DNA of 62,693 nt, counting the filler, from Bdellovibrionota bacterium (GTDB taxonomy: Bacteria > Bdellovibrionota > Bdellovibrionia > Bdellovibrionales > JAEYZS01): assembly GCA_963169515.1 (NCBI GenBank). It is 4 parts of 4 records of this genome, joined end to end, with 100 filler letters (N's around TTAATTAATTAA, not from the genome) between each part and the next. Parts side by side here need not be neighbours in the genome. Positions count along the whole stretch, not along the records: positions 50,492 to 62,693 come from CAUJEF010000059.1; 3 more parts are not named here. The stretch is one strand, 5' to 3'. This document shows positions 58,107 to 62,693 of the stretch, in pieces. A model generated the notes under the pieces. That model was not told where the DNA came from and did no database searches. It saw nothing but the letters and a program-made list of their open reading frames with translations. The position numbers were made by a program, and so were the translations under genes. Position 1 is the stretch's first letter. Every line of letters starts with the position of its first letter.

Positions 58107-58928
58107 TTACCAACGTATATATGAGCCAGTTTTAACCGACCGAATTGACAAAAGATACATAGCAATCATACTTCCAACAGAAACGCCAAATGCTGTCCAT
58201 ATATTGACATCTGAGACCCCGATAACTCCATATCGAATGCCGTTAATAAAATATAGCAATGGGTTCCCCTGCGAAACAATTCTCCAAAAGGGATGTAAAT
58301 TTTCAAGGGAGTAAAATACACCACCCAGATAAATTAATGGCAACAGAATAAATCCACCGATAGCATTCACTTGCTCAAAATTTTTTGCCCAAAACCCAAC
58401 AATAATTCCAAAACTAGCAAAGGTCATCGTACCCACAAAAAGATAATAGATAAAAATAAGTGGATGTTGAATGCCTAGAAACGATCCCTTTACAACCAGA
58501 TGGAACACTTCGCTCACGCCGATGGTCACTGCGCCAACTGCAAACCCCCGTATTAAGGCCCCCAATGACAACGCCCAGACCACTTGGTGTGTTGAAAATG
58601 GAGCTATCTTGAAATCAATGATGTCCCCATGGAATTTCGAGTTTAACACTGAGCTTGAAGAATTTTGAAATGCGTTATTCAACATCGACATCGTAACAAG
58701 GCCCGGAATCAAAAACGCAAGGTAAGAAACTCCTGATGACAGATCAATACTGCGTCCCAAGCTCACCCCAAAAATCAACAGGTACAAGGATGAGTTCATA
58801 AGTGGGGTCACAACCGTTTGGTTGATTACCTTCAAAAAACGAACAATTTCTTTTTTAAGAAGGGTTACAAATGGCGTCCACCGCAACTCAGGTGTTGCTA
58901 AAGACACTTTATGCCTCTGATAAAACAT
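58107..58928 (-). CDS. ABC-2 permease (YadH-like)
   Basis: LLKKEIVRF, FLIPGL, PLIYLGGVFY, NPLLY. Confidence 0.9.
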   Translation of the reverse strand: MFYQRHKVSLATPELRWTPFVTLLKKEIVRFLKVINQTVVTPLMNSSLYLLIFGVSLGRSIDLSSGVSYLAFLIPGLVTMSMLNNAFQNSSSSVLNSKFHGDIIDFKIAPFSTHQVVWALSLGALIRGFAVGAVTIGVSEVFHLVVKGSFLGIQHPLIFIYYLFVGTMTFASFGIIVGFWAKNFEQVNAIGGFILLPLIYLGGVFYSLENLHPFWRIVSQGNPLLYFINGIRYGVIGVSDVNIWTAFGVSVGSMIAMYLLSIRSVKTGSYIRW

Positions 58929-59805
58929 TTAAGAATGCCTCCTCTAAAGTGCCTTCCTTAATACGTATATCAGAAATCACCTTTGTATCGAGGTGGATTT
59001 TCCCCATCAATTCTCCTAATTCCATACCCGCTGGAATTTGACATATAATCTGTTTGTCCGATTGGGACTTTACATAGGGACTTTGCAGGCTACTTGTAGG
59101 TGTATGCAGTTGAAACACGATTTGCCGTTGAGTCATATTTTTTACCAGTTCAGCAGTTTTACCCATTTGTCGCAATTTCCCCAAATGAATAATTGCCACG
59201 CGATCACAAAGTTTTTCGGCCTCTTCCAAATAATGCGTCGTCAATAAAATAGAGGTCCCCTGGTTATTGAGTTCGCGCACAAATTCCCACAAGCTATTTC
59301 TCAGTTCAATATCAACCCCTGCTGTTGGTTCATCCAACAGCAGCAGCTTGGGGCGATGGACCAGCGCTTTTGCTATCAGGAACCTACGTTTCATACCACC
59401 ACTGAGTTCGCGGATTTTTTTATCTTTATGGATGTAAATTCCCAATTTATTTAAAAGATAATCGATCTGGGCTTTATTATCTGCCAGACCAAAATAGCCT
59501 GAATGAAAACGCAAAACTTCTTCCACTGTGAAAAATCCGTGGGAAACAAGTTCTTGCGGCACAAACCCCAGTGAGGCTTTTGTTTGCTTTTCTTCTAGGG
59601 CGACATCAATTCCAAAAATCTTGGCTTCACCTGACGTTGGCTTCTCAAGCGAAGTTAAAATCGAAATAATACTTGTTTTGCCGGCACCATTGGGACCTAA
59701 AAGACCCAAGACTTCCCCCTCTTTCATTTCAAAGGAAATGTCTTGGACGGCTTGGACCTTGCCGTAATTCTTAACAAGATGGTTCAATAAAATTGGCGAC
59801 GGCAT
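58909..59805 (-). CDS. ABC transporter ATP-binding protein (YadG-like)
   Basis: GPNGAGKT, LSGGMKRR, LLDEPT; ATG 59805. Confidence 0.93.
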   Translation of the reverse strand: MPSPILLNHLVKNYGKVQAVQDISFEMKEGEVLGLLGPNGAGKTSIISILTSLEKPTSGEAKIFGIDVALEEKQTKASLGFVPQELVSHGFFTVEEVLRFHSGYFGLADNKAQIDYLLNKLGIYIHKDKKIRELSGGMKRRFLIAKALVHRPKLLLLDEPTAGVDIELRNSLWEFVRELNNQGTSILLTTHYLEEAEKLCDRVAIIHLGKLRQMGKTAELVKNMTQRQIVFQLHTPTSSLQSPYVKSQSDKQIICQIPAGMELGELMGKIHLDTKVISDIRIKEGTLEEAFLNVLSEA

Positions 59806-59878
59806 GAATAACCGTATTACATATTTGCCTATAATTTTATTGAAGAAGCTATGCGTTAACATTAATATCCCTCGAACC

Positions 59879-60811
59879 ATGAAGTATCTCGTTACAAATT
59901 TTTATAAATTCACACCGATATCCAAAGAAGCTCTGGCTGACTTAAAGCAAGCATTAAAAGGTATTGCCAAGCTCCGCAAAGTTAAGGGCCTTTTCTTGAT
60001 TGGCACAGAGGGCGTTAACGCTACTATAAGCGGAAGCAGGGAAAACATAGATCCCCTTAAATCTTGGCTTCTCGAAAGACTCGGCGATCTCGAATTCAAA
60101 GACAATATGTGTACTTATGTTCCTTTTAAAAGCTTTCAAGTAAAAATTAAACCAGAGATTGTAACAATCGGAAACATAAAGATTATTCCAGACAAGCCAA
60201 ACAATAACCATTTATCACCAGAAGAGTGGAACAAAGCTCTCGCCGAAGACGTTGTCGTAATCGATACTCGTAACTGGTACGAGGTCGAGATTGGTAAATT
60301 CAAAAATGCCATTTCATTTCGGATAGAAGAATTTCAAGAATTTCCAGAAAAATTAAAGCAATCCAACATTTCAAAAAATAAAAAAATTCTAATCTATTGC
60401 ACTGGTGGAATTCGTTGTGAAAAAGCGATCTATGAAATGCAAAACCAAGGTTTTAAAAACGTGCATCAACTTCAAGGTGGAATTATTCGTTATCTTGAAA
60501 AATTTCCAAATGAAAATTATGAGGGTGAATGTTTCGTATTTGACCGTCGGTGTGCGGTTGACCAGAATCTTCAACCAACAAAATTGCATACCTTCTGTCC
60601 CCACTGCGGACAGCCTGCAAAAGATGAAATTCAGTGTACACGTTGCCCCAACAAAGCCAAGGTCTGCAGTACCTGTTTAGGAAAAAACAAAAAGTATCAT
60701 ACCTGTTCTAAAAATTGTGCCCATCATGTCTTTAAAGGATCGCGATTGAACAAAAAAAATCAAGGCCTCACAAGACAGCGGCTTCATGAATTGATGACCG
60801 ATAAAGGCTAG
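59879..60811 (+). CDS. trhO: tRNA U34 hydroxylase (UPF0176 rhodanese family)
   Basis: EGVNAT, DTRNWYE, YCTGGIRCEK, FVFDRR, Cys-rich tail. Confidence 0.9.
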   Translation: MKYLVTNFYKFTPISKEALADLKQALKGIAKLRKVKGLFLIGTEGVNATISGSRENIDPLKSWLLERLGDLEFKDNMCTYVPFKSFQVKIKPEIVTIGNIKIIPDKPNNNHLSPEEWNKALAEDVVVIDTRNWYEVEIGKFKNAISFRIEEFQEFPEKLKQSNISKNKKILIYCTGGIRCEKAIYEMQNQGFKNVHQLQGGIIRYLEKFPNENYEGECFVFDRRCAVDQNLQPTKLHTFCPHCGQPAKDEIQCTRCPNKAKVCSTCLGKNKKYHTCSKNCAHHVFKGSRLNKKNQGLTRQRLHELMTDKG

Positions 60812-61180
60812 CTAAATTGCGTATTTCCTGACGACCTCAAGCAATGTATCAATGTTGATTGGCTTTCTTAGGTAGTGTTTGGCCCCAATAGTATCTTGTT
60901 TAATTTTAACATTGGCATCTGCCGACATTATCACAACAGGAATATCACCGATCCTGACATCTGCCTTTTGATGCTCTCGAAATTGGAACCCATCCATAAC
61001 GGGCATCATAATGTCCAATAAAATAAGCGCAGGAAGCTCCATCGTTGTCCGAAGCTTCTCCAGGGCTTCTTGCCCATTATTAGCAAACTCGACCGTATAA
61101 CCCTCGCTTTCAAAGATTTGACGCAGTGGAATTTGAATATCAATTGAATCTTCAACTACAAAAATTTTTTTTGCTGACAT
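60812..61180 (-). CDS. Single-domain response regulator
   Basis: VVEDS, LLDIMMPVMDG, MSA, RKP. Confidence 0.93.
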   Translation of the reverse strand: MSAKKIFVVEDSIDIQIPLRQIFESEGYTVEFANNGQEALEKLRTTMELPALILLDIMMPVMDGFQFREHQKADVRIGDIPVVIMSADANVKIKQDTIGAKHYLRKPINIDTLLEVVRKYAI

Positions 61181-62693
61181 TATAGCGCCTCACCTTCTTG
61201 AATAATTGCTTTAATTGGTAAACTTACTACAAAAACAGAGCCTTTGCCAAGATCACTCTGTACACTCACGCTTCCTCCGTGTGCACTTACAATTTGCTTT
61301 ACTATATACAATCCCATTCCGAGCCCCCCAAAGTTTCTTGCAGACACAGCACGTTCGAAACGCTCAAAGATACGTTCCTGATCTTCTGGTTTTATGCCAA
61401 TTCCAAAATCTTTCACAGTAATTTTTATTTCATTTCCCAATACACTTGTTTCAATTTCAATTGGCTTTTTGTTCCCGTACTTTATGGCATTTGTGATTAG
61501 GTTTGTTACAACTTGATCAAGACGATGCTTATCCCAGCAGACAATCGTGGGTTGGGAAGTTTTTAAGCGAAGCTCGCTGCCGGCAGATGTCGCAGATATC
61601 TTAAGACGTCCAACAACGCCCTCTACAAGTTCATTCACTTCAAACTCTTCAACCGCAAATTTTAGGCGGCCCGTACGGATTCGAGAAACATCCAGCAGAT
61701 CCTCTATGAGCGAGTTCATCTTGTATATCTGCTTAAATGCCGCACTCAATTGTTCATGGATTGGTTCCGCCTTTGCCTGACGTAAAATAATTTGAGATTG
61801 AAGGCTTAAAGATGCGAGCGGCGTTTTTAGCTCGTGCGATGCTATAGAAATAAACTCGTCGCGCACACGCAAGGCTTCTTTGAGTGATATTTCCATCTGA
61901 TAGCGATCATGAATATCCATCCGTGATCCTAAATATCCCTGAAACTCGCCACTAACAGAGTACCGTGGCACTCCGTGGTCAACAACCCAGCGATATTTTC
62001 CGTCAGCGTGTTTCATCCTAAAATCCATGACAAAACTTTTGCGCGCATCAAATGAATCCGAGTAAATTTTCATATATCGTTCGTAGTCATCACTATGAAT
62101 TCCATCTGTCCACCCGTTCCCGATTTCCTGCTCCATCGTTCGACCCGTAAATGCCAGCCATGGTTTATTGACCCAATCGTATGACTTATTGATCCCTGCG
62201 CTCCATATCATCACTGGTGCCTGATTGGCTAACCCTCTAAATCGGTTTTCGCTTTCAAGCCGTTCTAATTCAATTAGTTTTTGATCTGTAATGTCACGAG
62301 AAATACCCAGAACCCCGACAATCGTATTTTTCGAATCCATGTAAGGAACTCTCTTTGTCAGGAATGTGCTCTTACTCTTACCCAAAGGCATGACCTCTTC
62401 GCCCGAATATGCCTGCCCGCTTGTAATCACATTACGCTCGATTTCCACGACCTTTTGACTGATTTCGGCCGGAAGTAGGTCCCCATCGGTTTTGCCAAGT
62501 ACACGCTTTACTGAGCTACCAAGTACCCTTGCTCCATATGCATTGATAAATAAATATTTTCCTGCTCGGTCTTTTACATAGATTGAATCTGAAACTCCTT
62601 GGGTTAAAGACTGTAGAAAATTAAAGTTTTCTTTTAATGTTCCTTTCATCATCTCGCGCTCGGATATCGCTGCGGCCAGTGCAAATCCGATCA
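61180..62693 (-). CDS. PAS-PAS sensor histidine kinase (5' part outside the window)
   Basis: ASHELKTPL, NLITNAIKY, DFGIGI, GLGMGL. The frame is open to the window end (…IGFALAAAISEREMMK…, resembling the end of a MASE1-type TM sensor). Confidence 0.92.
   Translation of the reverse strand, partial: IGFALAAAISEREMMKGTLKENFNFLQSLTQGVSDSIYVKDRAGKYLFINAYGARVLGSSVKRVLGKTDGDLLPAEISQKVVEIERNVITSGQAYSGEEVMPLGKSKSTFLTKRVPYMDSKNTIVGVLGISRDITDQKLIELERLESENRFRGLANQAPVMIWSAGINKSYDWVNKPWLAFTGRTMEQEIGNGWTDGIHSDDYERYMKIYSDSFDARKSFVMDFRMKHADGKYRWVVDHGVPRYSVSGEFQGYLGSRMDIHDRYQMEISLKEALRVRDEFISIASHELKTPLASLSLQSQIILRQAKAEPIHEQLSAAFKQIYKMNSLIEDLLDVSRIRTGRLKFAVEEFEVNELVEGVVGRLKISATSAGSELRLKTSQPTIVCWDKHRLDQVVTNLITNAIKYGNKKPIEIETSVLGNEIKITVKDFGIGIKPEDQERIFERFERAVSARNFGGLGMGLYIVKQIVSAHGGSVSVQSDLGKGSVFVVSLPIKAIIQEGEAL

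Noticed and set aside
950..62478. Numerous 60-170 aa ORFs antisense or out-of-frame within recognised genes
   Set aside because: Shadow ORFs with no motifs, fully overlapping well-supported CDSs

Overview
Bacterial chromosomal DNA, probably Bdellovibrionota (inferred from gene order and FQNC-type lipoproteins). It consists of four contigs joined by three artificial 100-nt N/TTAATTAATTAA linkers (15990-16089, 24453-24552, 50392-50491), so adjacency across these joins is unproven. Most genes are housekeeping: tmk-holB-tatD, gap-pgk-tpiA-secG, purK-purE, nupC, tetR-fadE, lpxC, ald, GT2-kdsA-lptF, lptD, ffh-rpsP-khpA-rimM-trmD-rplS-rnhB-yraN, an ABC-2 transporter, trhO and a two-component pair. 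Accessory content includes Pro/Thr-linker surface lipoproteins, an SPL-like radical SAM gene, a DUF6516 (TumE-like) toxin-antitoxin pair, a three-thioredoxin/DUF4266/beta-barrel redox cluster and a competence cluster (split comEC, LysM, dprA). The best candidate for a new system is an unannotated element of about 280 nt at 40675-40951 (- strand). It has a 46-aa basic/hydrophobic ORF inside an RNA with a 22-bp 5'-3' long-range helix rich in G-U pairs, a sequestered Shine-Dalgarno, and an antisense sigma70-like promoter inside the ORF, which is the architecture of a type I toxin-antitoxin locus. Also notable are a recurrent intergenic GTCY-N7-RGAC palindrome, a perfect 26-bp inverted repeat, a gene split at an A_AAA_AAG site, and a KdsA with KANRS changed to KDNRG. 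I recognised no rRNA, tRNA, CRISPR array or transposase.
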